From Octopus sinensis (taxonomy: Eukaryota): a stretch of 64,000 nucleotides of DNA. The stretch is from NCBI RefSeq assembly GCF_006345805.1, contig NC_043021.1, positions 6,696,001 to 6,760,000 on the forward strand, written 5' to 3'. The translations under genes were made by a program, and so were the position numbers. The notes under the pieces are model-generated. The model was not told the DNA's origin, did not search any database, and worked only from the letters and a program-made list of their open reading frames with translations. Of the stretch, positions 26,242 to 39,199 are shown one piece after another; position 1 is the stretch's first letter, and each line of letters opens with the position of its first letter.

Positions 26242-27647
26242 AATTACCAGAGTCATTGTTCGTGGCCGTTTGCCAGCTCCGTCTGGCTCCTGTGCAGGTG
26301 GCACGTAAAAAGCACCCACTACACTCGCGGAGTGGTTGGCGTTAGGAAGGGCATCCAGCTGTAGAAACACTGCCAGATGGCTGCACCAAACTCCAATCTG
26401 ATCTGGCAGAGTTTCTACAGCTTGATGCCCTTCCTAATGCCAACCACTCCGAGAGTGTAGTGGGTGCTTTTTACGTGCCACCTGCATGGGGGCCAGTCAG
26501 GCGGTGCTGGCAATGACCTCGCTCGAATGGTGTTTTTTTATGTGCCACCTGCACATATATATAGGTTTTGCCCTGAATAACAATTAGGGCAAAACCTATA
26601 CTAAATATCAAGTGATATATGATGTCCTGTGTGGTAGCTTGAGCTGCTGGAAATGGCAGCTAAATTTCTCTAAAATCAGGTTTTCTTACCTTCATTATCA
26701 AAAATTCATTCAATCTTTAGTAAAGGATTCATCCTACAGAAAAAGAAAAAAAAAAAAAAAAACTTAGCTTAGCTCTTCAATTTTTTTCCCCAGTATTTAT
26801 TTTCTTAATATAAAAATAAAACTGATAGATAACAATCCTTCAAGATAGAAGTAACAAGTGTATAGAAAAGACTGTACTTTTCAAGGATGTTCTCTCCTCA
26901 AACTGCACCTTCCTTACTATATTCCATACCAACAAGCAAACACTTAAGAAAAATATTATTTAAAAAACCAAAAACAAAAAAACGTATTTCGTAGTTCTTC
27001 AAAGATGCTGAAAAAGTTTGTAGTTTTTCTTCAAAATATATCAGAAATTTCCATTGGTACTGTTCATACTTATTAATATATATGTCTAATCTAAAAATAT
27101 TTAAAATTTTAGTTTTCCTTGTTATGTCTGTTCATTTTATTCATTTGAAATTCATTTCAAACCCTGAACAAACCTCTTGTCATCTGTAATCAATAAATAA
27201 CCTCAACCATTTATCACGGGTGAACCAAAGACTCAGTCACCAGTTGGTGAAATGCTTTCCCTCTGTCTCAGCAACATTGGTGAGCAAACCTGTTAGTCAC
27301 TTGAGATTAATGAACTATGCTGCCAAGTTAGCTGTTCTGAGTCACCCCTCCCGACCTGTATAAATCCAGCTCTACCCTATAATGTTACAGATGTGGTGGG
27401 AAGCAGGTGGGGAGTTGAACAGCCAGAAAAATCAAAGATCAATGGTAGGAACTATAAAAGTGTCAGTGACATATTTATTGAGATGAATAGGAGGTGGGTG
27501 GCCATGCTGTATGGTAGGAGAGAAGTGCCATACTAGATGGGATGACAGAACTGATATATTACATATGCATACAATACACACACACACACACATATTTCTA
27601 GAAAGAGGGTAGTGGGATGTCATATATATATATATATATATATATAT

Positions 27648-27824
27648 AGGCGCAGGAGTGGCTGTGTGGTAAGTAGATTGCTTACCAACCACACGGTTCC
27701 GGGTTCAGTCCCACTGCATGGCACCTTGGGCAAGTGTCTTCTACTACAGCCTCGGGCCGACCAAAGCCTTGTGAGTGAATTTAGTAGACAGAAACTGAAA
27801 AGAAGCCCCGTTGTATATATGTGT

Positions 27825-27869
<45 letters not shown>

Positions 27870-28089
27870 CGTGTATGTTTGTGTGTCTGTGTTTGTCCCC
27901 CTAGCTTGACAACCGATGCTGGTGTGTTTATGTCCCCGTCACTTAGCAGTTCAGCAAAAGAGACCGATAGAATAAGTACTGGGCTTACAAAGAATAAGTC
28001 CTGGGGTCGAGATGCTCGACTAAAGGCGGTGCTCCAGCATGGCCGCAGTCAAATGACTGAAACAAGTAAGAGAGTATAAAAGAGTAAGA

Positions 28090-28090
<1 letters not shown>
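27648..28090 (+). mobile_element. SINE family A
   Basis: Full head and tail, inserted after (TA)n. Confidence 0.9.
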
Positions 28091-28123
<33 letters not shown>

Positions 28124-28513
28124 AGGGGTGGGGCTGGAGGGTTTGTGTTGTAAAGTGTCTGTAACATGTTGTAGACTTAAGCTGAAGTGAAGTGTCATTA
28201 TGCAGGTATATCATAATACGCATACATGCACACACTCAAGTACCTGCATACACTCACACTCTCATAACAAACAACACATATGCGCATAAAACTCAATCAC
28301 ACGCCCATTCACTCACTCATGCATGTAGCCATGCACATGTGAACCGGTGCGTGCACACACTCACAATTTACTTACTTAAAACTATTGTCATAGGTAATTC
28401 TCAATGTTTTCCATGTGAAAATTGGCAATTTTTATGAGCCAGTATTTATTTATTTATTTATAGTATCATTACGCTTTATAACAATGATGTTTTTTTTTTT
28501 GTTTTTTTTTTTG

Positions 28514-29028
28514 AAATCGAAACTCGGTGACCGGCATCCGTTGCTAGTGGAGTGCTAAGTGTACCATACGAGTGAGATCGTGCCAGAGCAACAAGCCGGC
28601 CTTCGTGCCAATGGCATGTTAAACACACCGTTCGAGCGTGATCATTACCGCGTCGCCTTACTAGCACTTGTGCTGGTGGCACGTGAAACATTTGAATGAG
28701 GTCGTCGCCAGTGCCACTGGACTGGCTCCTGTGCAGGTGGCACGTGAAAAGCACCATTTGGGCGTGGCCGTTGCCAGTACCACCAAACTGGCCCTCGTGC
28801 CGGTGGCACGTAAAAGCACCATCCATTCGTGGCCGTTCGCCAGCTCTGTCTGGCACCTGTGCAGGTGGCACGTAAAAAACACCCACTACACTCTCGGAGT
28901 GGTTGGCGTTAGGAAGGGCATCCAGTTGTAGAAACTCTGCCAGATCAGATTGGAGTCTGGTTCGCCAGACCTCAGTCAAATCGTCCAACCCATGCTAGCA
29001 TGGAAAGCGGACGTTAAATGATGATGAT
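28514..29028 (+). mobile_element. RTE 3'-UTR-derived copy with (GAT)n tail
   Basis: Homologous to 50720-51321, including gtggcacgtaaaaagcacc modules. Related copies lie at about 26258-26378(+), 26385-26555(-), 37523-37745(-), 42512-42869(+), 47230-47507(+), 51325-51600(+), 58230-58400(+), 59965-60137(+), 63560-64000(-). Confidence 0.85.
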
Positions 29029-30972
29029 TTAAAGAAATTCTTCAGTTTTTCATGTTGTTAAAAACAATAGAGTATGTTGTTAAAAACAATAGAGTTTTGG
29101 TTGCATAACCTGCACATATTAAATACTGAGTTATAATAGCTGCTTGCTATTTTGGTCGGCTCAGTGACACACACATAGCAAAGTTGTAAGAGTACCAGAC
29201 AGAATGCCTTGTGGTATTTGTTTCAACCCTTTGAAATTTACAAATATAATACACAAGGCTATTTCTTTCTCACACCTCTCCTTCCTCCCCCTCTCTCTCT
29301 CTCTCTCAATCAGCTTCAGGAAGGGGTCAAAAGAAGAACATAATTGTGCCCCCCCCCCTCTCACCTTCCATGTTTGCACTGCAAGAAAGGAGCTGGTTAG
29401 CTGTCTGGGTGCAGACCAAATAATTGTCTGATTAGTCACGAGTCTGCTTCAGGTTACTGAGAGGACTGTATAACAATTTGGGCAAAACCTATACTAAATA
29501 TCAAGTGATATATGATGTCCTGTGTGGTAGCTTGAGCTGCTGGAAATGGCAGCTAAATTTCTCTAAAATCAAGTTTTCTTACCTTCAGTAAGGAAGAAAA
29601 ATCTGGACATTGCAGTCCTAGATATACAACACTGTGGATCTTTTACAGCTTGAATGCCTCGAGCCTGTTTTCTTTCGGTAGTTGCTGTGGTGAAAGAAGT
29701 AGTATGGAAGATGAGAGTGAAAGGAATTGCAACAGGCATGTTTATCTCCAGTCTCGAGAGCTAATCAACTTTTTCGTTTTCCACATGAAACAGAAAATAA
29801 GGCTGGAGAAGAAATGCCTGTCGCAAAGTGTTTCGTAAAAGATGGAAGTCTATAGCAAGTATGTTGCGAGTGAAAGAACCTGTTTAATCGAGAATGTAAA
29901 AAAGGATAAAGCAAAGTCTTCAGTGTGAGTATGTGGTTTGTGGGGGTCAATCGCCCCCCCCCCGCTTCATTTTTTGTTAATCACTCATTCTTATTTAATT
30001 GTATATATTTTAATTGTTTGTTTATTCATACGGTGTCTCATTCGATACCCTGACCCCAACATTTGTTTTGTCTGTCCCCCTATTGTCCCCTCTTTTTCTC
30101 AACATTATGGTGAATAAAGAAATACTCTCTCTCTCTCTCTGACCCCAATGTTTGTTTTGTCTTTTCCCCACCCCCGTATTGTCCCCTCTTTTTCTCAACC
30201 TTATGGTGAATAAAGAAATACTCTCTCTCTTCCCTTTCACTTTCTCTCTCTCTCATATCACCAGGACATTACTTGCTTATTCTATCAATACATTTACAGT
30301 CAATCTGCCAAAGTTTCTTTCTGCTAATTCTCATTCTTCCACTTGATGCTGTTCTATCCTTTAAAAAAAAGTAGTTCTACTCAAGTGGTTTCTTTCCTCA
30401 ATGTCTATCACACGGAGCTCTCTCCTTTCTCATTTCCCCAGATAAATATATATAAAATCTGAATTCTTTCAAATCTTGCACTGTCTGTTTTATGATTCTT
30501 AGAGTAGGTTCTTGTCAGATGTTTTTTCTCTCCTTTTCCTTTTGTAATTCCTAACATACTGAGTAGTTGCTTGAGGCCTGCTTTATTGTTGGTATCTTGT
30601 GACCCTGTTAAGAGTGACTTTGAATGCAAAAATAAAAGTAATAGTCTCTAGTTGATGTTGTCTGGAGTAATAACCATTATAGTTCTACAGTAGAAGAAAT
30701 GTAGACTATACAACATCCAAGAATTTTTTTTAGCAGTTGTCATCACATTGTTACACAGCATCAGATCTTTTTTCCTGATCTTTTAATATTTCATTCTGAA
30801 TTACTTGTATGTTTTGAAGTGCAGTTTAACCCCTTCACGTTTCAACTGGCCATATCCGACCAAAATATTCTACCTGTGTTACGTTACGTTACGTTATGTT
30901 ATGTTCAAAGTAGCCGGATCAAGCCTTTCACACCTGCCCTACAATATCGTTAAAAAAAACATACGATCATAT

Positions 30973-31395
30973 AGGCGCAGGAGTGGCTGTGTGCTAAGTA
31001 GTTTGCTTACCGACCACATGGCTCTGGGTTCAGTCCCACTGTGTTGCACCTTGGGCAAGTGTCTTCTGCTATAGCCTTGGGCCGACCAAAGCCTTGTGAG
31101 TGGATTTGGTAGACGGAAACTGAAAGAAGCCCGTCGTGTGTATATATATATATATGTATGTATGTATGTCTGTATGTATGTGTGTGTGTCTGTGTTTGTC
31201 CCCCCACCATCGCTTGACAACCGATGTTGGTGTGTTCATGTCCTCATAACTTAGCGGTTTGGCAAAAGAGACCGATAGAATAAGTACTAGGCTTACAAAG
31301 AACAAGCTCCTGGGGTCGATTTGTTCGACTAAAGGCGGTGCTCCAGCATGGCCACAGTCAATTGACCGAAGCAAGCAAAAGAATAAAGGAATAAA
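30973..31395 (+). mobile_element. SINE family A nested in a TTAA MITE
   Basis: MITE 5' half at 30826-30970; MITE 3' half resumes at about 31398. Confidence 0.88.
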
Positions 31396-31983
31396 GAATA
31401 TCATCAAAATCTCAAGGTCATGAAATGGTAAATGATTAGTTGAAAATAATGTGATTTAAAGTAGGCATAATCTGAACAGTAAAGAACTGCACACAATTTG
31501 TCTGATGTAAATCTAGTAATAGATAAAATCATGACCATTATTTGTTTATTCACAATTTGTGCTGTAAACTCTGTACTATATATCTTGTCCAATTAATATC
31601 GCAGTCGAAAAATTCATCGGTGCCCTACCTCTTGGCCGGCTAGTACAATAAAGACCTCCATCTGCAGATTAAAGCATGTCATAACTAGTTTTTACGTTGT
31701 ACAAACAGTTGTTCAAAGCTGTTGCTTTGTTGGCAATCATCTAAGGAGGTCTGGTTGATTGTGTATCTGTTATTCTTGGGTAGGAGGGGCAATCAGATAT
31801 TTACCCTGGTTGTTGCTATAGATATACAACAAACAGTTTTGTTACGAACCAACAAAGAATGCCTCTATGTGGCACAGCCTGCTGGAAATAGCAACTGAAT
31901 CTTTCTGAAATTACATCCTACTATTTTTGGAAGGGAAGGGCAACTCTAGATTGTGAAAAAGTTGCTTAAATAAGACGTAATAA

Positions 31984-32388
31984 GGCGCAGGAGTGGCTGT
32001 GTGGTAAGTAGCTTGTTTACCAACCACATGGTTCCGGGTTCAGTCCCACTGCGTGGCACCTTGGGCAAGTGTCTTCTACTATAGCCTCGGGCCGACCAAA
32101 GCCTTGTGAGTGGATTTGGTAGACGGAAACTGAAAGAAGCCCGTTGTATATATGTATATATATATATGCGTGTGTGTGTTTGTGTGTCTGTGTTTGTCCC
32201 CCTAGCATTGCTTGACAACCGATGCTGGTGTGTTTATGTCCCCGTTACTTAGTGGTTCGGCAAAAGAGACCGATAGAATAAGTACTGGGCTTACAAAAGA
32301 ATAAGTCCCGGGGTCGAGTTGCTCGACTAAAGGCGGTGCTCCAGCATGGCCGCAGTCAAATGACTGAAACAAGTAAAAGAGTAAAGAG
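31984..32388 (+). mobile_element. SINE family A
   Basis: Full head and tail. Confidence 0.9.
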
Positions 32389-32993
32389 AGATTAATCGCC
32401 ACAGATGGATCAGAGGTGGTAATAGCTTTGCTCAAACAGGGCTGACCTGTGGTTAAACAGCAATAAAATTTTGGTAGGAAATGTTAGACTTTAGTTGTTA
32501 CTACTGGTCTCCTACATTAATAACACTAAATTGAAACCGAGGAGAGCAACATCCTTAATGGATGGCACTCGGATCACATATTTATTGCTTGCTGACAACT
32601 GAGTCACCAGTTATTTCTCTACAGAGGCAGTTGCCATTCCATCTTCTCAAGTTAGCCTCTATAAATTGTGATCTTCAGAATTTCTTCAGTCATTTTAGTG
32701 TTAACAAGATAGGTTATTTTACAAATGTGTTACATTTATAAAGTGTCCCAGTTTGGTTTGAAGTTTTGCAACAGGAAATTATGAACGAACCAACTGTTGC
32801 TGCTAGTAGTTAATTCATTTAGTTATGTTTCTCGAGTGAAGTATATAGCTTCATAAATTATATAAAATGTATTTGGTGAGAAAATAGAGCTAGTTTTGTA
32901 GATTAAAATATGTATATTTTAGATATGAATATGTAACTTCAACCAAATGTGTTGACTGCTACTCTCTTTCTTTCTCTCTCTTTCTCCCCTTTC

Positions 32994-33041
<48 letters not shown>

Positions 33042-33863
33042 TTAGAGATAAAACCACTATTAGGCAAATCAAACAGTGAAAAACATAAACCAAAACATAG
33101 AAATAAATTAATTAATATAATATATAAAATATAAAATTCAAAATTTAAATTATTTAAATTTAAAGTTAAGATTAAAAAAAAATTTTTTTAATTATTAATT
33201 TATACTGTAAAATTAGATTTAATCCTAAATCTAATTTTTCCCTGTAAGTTTGGATTTACTCCCTAATATTATTATTAGGGCACAGATAGTGTGTCTATAG
33301 CCAGCTGGAAGAGATATCTTCCTGGGGCTACAAACTACAGTAGCATCCACCCTTAGGGGTTAGCCATATTCAAATGGCAAATATGCGTCACGATATTATT
33401 ATTATTATTATTATATATATATATATGTTTGTGTGTGTGTATGTTACACATGTATGTATAACATCCACTTTTCCGTTTTCGCATAGCACCAATGGAATTT
33501 TTCGGGACAGATGTTTTATGGGTGTTTGTTCTTCCTGTTGCCAGCCCTCACCTCTTTCCGAGTTAGGTAATATTTTCCGTGGCCAGGCATCTTTTCATGG
33601 AAAATTAAATGACACTGCTGTTTGATGGTGACGCTCATTTACAATTCTCACAGTGTGAAGACAGGGAGACACATGCACTGCTTGCACATATATATATATA
33701 TACATACATGTATATGTGTGTGTGTATACATATGTATATATATATATATATATATGCCAGAATGGAGAGCAGACGTTAAATGATGATATGTATATATATA
33801 TATTATATATATATATATATATATAACACATATGTATACACATATATATGTGTGTGTGTATAC

Positions 33864-33925
<62 letters not shown>

Positions 33926-33964
33926 TCATCATTTAAAGTCTGCTCTCCATTCTGGCATGCGTAT

Positions 33965-34310
33965 TACTCTTTTACTCATTTCAGTCCTTAGACTGCGGCC
34001 ATGCTGGAGCACCGCCTTTAGTCGAGCAAATCGACCCCGGGACTTATTCTTTGTAAGCCCAGTACCGGTCTCTTTTGCCGAACTGCTAAGTGACAGCGAC
34101 GTAAACACACCAGCATCGGTTGTCAAGCACACACACACACACACACACATATATAGGACAGGGTTCTTTCAGTTTCTCTCTACCAAATCCACTCCCAAGG
34201 GTTTGCTTGGCCTGAGGCTGTATATTGTATTAGGCATTTGCCTGAGGTGCCGCACAGTGGGACTGAACCCTGGATCATGTGGTTGGGAAGCAGGTTTCTT
34301 AACCACACAT
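33965..34310 (-). mobile_element. SINE family A (chimeric, older head)
   Basis: Reverse complement of family A. Confidence 0.82.
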
Positions 34311-34544
34311 CCACATCATATACATATATGTATATATGTTTTCTCAGAAACAGAGTTAGCAATTACAAACTTCAAGAAAGTATGCAAGCTATCGAAGATG
34401 TTCCATGAGATGCTGGGGAAATAATTTCCTTGGTCCTAGAGTCTCCTGATGAAATGGGATAAGGAGCTGGAGTTTTCCTTGTCCCCCCCCCCCCATTTGA
34501 AAGAGGACGTGTGCTGCCTAAGTCTTTTCGTATTCACAAACATA

Positions 34545-34713
34545 CGCAGGAGTGGCTGTGTGGTAAGTAGCTTGCTAACCAACCACATGGTTCCGGGTTC
34601 AGTCCCACTGTATGGCATCTTGGGCAAGTGTCTTCTGCTACAGCTTTGGGCCGACCAATGCCTTGTGAGTGGATTTGGTAGACGGAAACTGAAAGAAGCC
34701 TGTCGTATATATG

Positions 34714-34746
<33 letters not shown>

Positions 34747-34942
34747 ATGTGTTTGTGTGTCTGTGTTTGTCTCCCTGGTGTGTTTACGTCCCCGTCGCTT
34801 AGCGGTTCGGCAAAAGAGACCGATAGAATAAGTACTGGGCTTACAAAGAATAAGTCCCGGGGTCGATTTGCTCGACTAAAAGGCGGTGCTCCAGCATGGC
34901 CGCAGTCAAATGCCTGAAACAAGTATAAGAGAGTAAAGAGAG
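34545..34942 (+). mobile_element. SINE family A
   Basis: Full head and tail, small internal deletion. Confidence 0.9.
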
Positions 34943-35334
34943 GAATACATACACCCCATAGACTAAGTCACACGTCCCACCTGCTGAATCCCATTCACAA
35001 GGTATTGGTCTCTCTCTTAAGCTACAGTAGAAGACACTTGCTTAACTCTTTGTCATTTAAACTGGCCATATCCAGCCCAAATATCCTACCTATTGAATGT
35101 TCTAAGTGGCTAGATCTGGCCTTTCACACTTACCTTATAATATCACTCTAAAAATAAGCAGTCTTGTCATCGAAATCTCAAAGCTACGAGATAATCTATG
35201 ATTAATTCAAAACAATGTGAATAAATAAGCATTACATTTGACTGAGTAATCTGAACGCTAAGGAGTTAAGGGGTTGTGAATTGGGTTTGAACCTGGAATA
35301 ATGCATTGCAAACTCATTTTCGGAACCATACATT

Positions 35335-35559
35335 TACTCTTTTTACTCTTTTACTTGTTTCAGTCATTTGACTGCGGCCATGCTGGAGCACCGCCTTTAA
35401 TTGAGCAACTCGACCCCGGGACTTATTCTTTTGTAAACCCAGTACTTATTCTATCAGTCTCTTTTGCTGAACCGCTAAGTTACGGGGAACGTAAACACAC
35501 CAGCATCGATCGTCAAGCAATGCTAGGGGGACAAACACAGACACACAAACACACACACG

Positions 35560-35607
<48 letters not shown>

Positions 35608-35767
35608 TACGACGGGCTTCTTTCAGTTTCCGTCTACCAAATCCACTCACAAGGCATTGGTCGGCCCGAGGCTATAGTAGAAGTCACTTGCCCAAGGTGC
35701 CACGCAGTGGGACTGAACCCGGAACCATGTGGTTGGTAGACAAGCTACTTACCACAAGCCACTCCTG
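35335..35767 (-). mobile_element. SINE family A
   Basis: Reverse complement, full length. Confidence 0.9.
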
Positions 35768-35956
35768 CATGCATGAATGTTTTTAAACATTCTCCTCTTC
35801 GACATTCGTATATAAGTACTTTGCGTTTGCTGATACTCTACAGTGGTGAGGCCACTGCCCATATATCCTTTTCCACTTCATTAAGACTTAGTATCCATTT
35901 GTACTCAATTCAAAATACACTAAAAAACCTGCTTTACTCCTGTTTATATATGTATG

Positions 35957-36011
<55 letters not shown>

Positions 36012-36795
36012 GGAAGGAGAAGGAAGAAAAGTATATGTATATATAAATAATGATGATGATGATATACACACACACACACACACACACACGTATATAAAAG
36101 TAGAATGAGAAGAAATATATATATATATATATATATATTACACACATACATAAAGGTGGAATGAGAAGAAAGATAAGTATATATAAGTGTATGGGTGTGT
36201 ATACAAATACATATATGCATATATACACTTTATATACGCACACACATATATTCACACCTGTATTTTAAATATGCTTACTCACACCTGTGTTTTGTGGTGC
36301 TTACATTATTTATTTGCTAATTTATTGTTTGTTCTTAGGAATTACAGGGAAACCAGAGAAGCCACTGACATTTTATATAGTCTAGATAGACTTTTATCTG
36401 AGCCTATCTTCCCCAAACAGTTCACATTACTTCATTGGTTGCCAAACGACTTGTATAAAATCTCATTTATTCTAGTTTTTCTGTGCCAGATAACACTTGA
36501 AGGCTGTCTCTGGAGTTACATAATAACTCAAGTGACAATAAACTTAGAAGAGACATCTGAATTACATCATGAACCTGATAAAATAGTTTATACATAGCTC
36601 TCATTGAAAATCGAGAGAGTGTGACATAGCTGAGTCTGATATTATATAACTAAAGGGACATCTTCATATTTTCAAGTATTGTATTAGTTCAGACTGAGCA
36701 GTTGTTACAGAGAAAACAAACCTGTTTCTATAAACACTAGATTAACAGTGTTATATAAAAGGAGTTTACAGATTTTTGAAAAAACTCTGTAGCAT

Positions 36796-37217
36796 TTAAC
36801 CCTTTAGTATTTAAACCGGCCATATCCGGCCAAAATAGTTGATCTGTTTTATGTTCAAACTGACCAGATCCAGGCTCTCACACCTACCCTACAATGTTAT
36901 TCTACATTAAGTAATTACACCATCAAGATCTTGAAGATATGAGATAATGCATGATTAATTTAAATCAATGGGAATCAATAGGCATTATGTTTGATAGAAT
37001 AATCTGAACACTAAAGGGTTAAACTGGCCATATGCATCCCAAATATTTTAGCCATTTTATGTGCAAATTGACCACATCCAGCCTCTCGGACCTATTCTAA
37101 ATTGCCACGATAAAAATAATCAGTTGTATCAAAGTTTCAAAGTTGTGAAATAATGTATGATTAATTGAATAAATAAGCATTGCATTTGACAGAATAATTT
37201 GATTGCTAAAGGGTTAA
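36796..37217. mobile_element. Two adjacent family 1 MITEs sharing a TTAA
   Basis: An intact copy at 36796-37022 is followed by an older 5'-eroded copy ending CTAAAGGGTTAA at 37217. Confidence 0.82.
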
Positions 37218-37522
37218 TGTTTTATGTAACATAAAAATTGGCGTTCGATAAAATGAACTCTGAACTGAAATAAAGTAGTTTGGGGGTCTATGTGATGGAT
37301 AAAAGGGAAAAAAAATGAAAAGGAAAACTCGTTGAAGGCAGTGACTGGAACAGTAAAAAAAAAAAAAGAGAATATATATCTTTTACTCTTTTACTTGTTT
37401 CAGTCATTTGACTGCGGCCATGCTGGAGCACCGCCTTTAATCGAGCAACTCGACCCCGGGACTTATTCTTTGTAAGCCCAGTACTTATCCTATTGGTCTC
37501 TTTTGCCGAACCACTAAGTGAC

Positions 37523-37745
37523 TGGGGTCTGGGAAGCCAGAAGGCTGCACCAGGCCCAGTCTGATCTGGCAATGTTTCTACGGCTGGATGCCCTTCCTAA
37601 CGCCAACCACTCCGTGAGTGTAGTGGGTGCTTTTTACGTGCCAGACTAGGCTGGCAAACGGCCACGGTCGGATGGTTCTCTTACGTACCACCGGCACTGG
37701 TATCACAGCTGTAATTTCCATTGATGTTGATCGATTTGGATTTGG
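37523..37745 (-). mobile_element. RTE 3'-UTR-derived fragment fused to a SINE-A tail fragment (37380-37522)
   Basis: Reverse complement of the 42512-42869 type sequence. Confidence 0.8.
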
Positions 37746-38589
37746 ATTTTGAATATGTTGAATAAAATCATAATTAACTGATCCTCCTCTATTTTCTTTT
37801 ACCCAAAGTAAGGAAATTTTCAGCCACCCCCTTTCTAGCTCTTTCATCAGCCTTACTGAATATCATCAAATGTCAAACTACCACCACAAAACATTGCCTT
37901 TAATACAAACAACAAGCTGTTGTCAGCATTTCGGTATCTTCTAATTACACTTCTGTATCTGCTTTTTTGATCTGTCAGTGTACGAATCTTGTTTTCAGCA
38001 ATTCTCCTACTGCTTCTAAAATCTCCCTCTTTCTCTCCCTCTCTCACTCTCTCTCTCTGAATTTGTGTTTAATCCTAGAGATTGTCCAGTTAGCATAAAT
38101 AATTATCCGTTGTGGATTAATTAATCTAGACTTTGTTATAATTCTCTTCCTTATACTGTTTCTACATGGCACCTCGGGCAGTTCGCCTCCAGTCATTGCT
38201 TCAGATTAACCAGTGCATTAGTGAAAGTTTGGTTGGCAGACTCTGCAGAAGTGTGTAGTGTGTGTGTGTGTATGTGTATGTGTGGGAGAGAGAGAGAGAG
38301 AGAGCAAGAAGGGTTGCAGATTTGAGTATGGAATCCATCGTAGTAAAGGGAGGCAACTCTATGAATGTGAACAGTCAATCGATAGCTACAACTTGGTAGC
38401 TTACCAAGTGAGAGTTCTGAGGAAGGGGTGTCGATATAATTGACTACTATTACTACAACAACAACAACTACTACTACTACTGCAACTGACACTTTATTTT
38501 GATTTAAAAAATAAAGTATGGTTTTAGCATCAAGATTTTTGCAGTGTTACTGACTTAACAGTTTCCTTTTAAAATATTGACAATTATTG

Positions 38590-39120
38590 AATGAGAGAGC
38601 AGTGCATGCCATCAAAGTAACACTGGGGTAAGATACACGAAGCCCAGTATACCCATCATAACTACTCATATGATAAGAGTACACCAGGCACATGCATCAC
38701 AACCAACAAGATAAATAGCACATGACCTTGCAGGTGGGGGTCCAGTTAGAATTTTCTTCAGGTTGGGTAGCCCATCTCACTCAAAAGGTCCCTAAATAAG
38801 GGTTGTTTAAGGATATTGAACAAAACACTCATGTTTCCGAAGGTGAATTATCCAAATCCCAAATAATCCCTCTCAACACATGGCTACGATGCTCCCCAAC
38901 TACTTCTGCTCTTGATCAATGATGCAGAGATCGTCAGCCACTAAAGGACATGCTCAACTGGTTAAGGTCAAACAACTGACAAGCAAATATATGGGATTGA
39001 ACAGAATATTTGCTGTAACTCATTTTTTGATACAAAGACAAAACAATTTACATGATAATACTTCCAATCAGTTAAGATGAGAAACCATAAAAGCCACTGC
39101 CTGGTACTGCATCAAGGCAT
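38590..39120. repeat. Probable interspersed repeat of unknown class
   Basis: Balanced-composition block, non-coding in all frames, bounded by AT-rich DNA and (TTA)n; only one copy in the window. Confidence 0.35.
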
Positions 39121-39154
39121 TCTTCTTTGGTGCCATGACCAGTATTATTATTAA

Positions 39155-39199
<45 letters not shown>

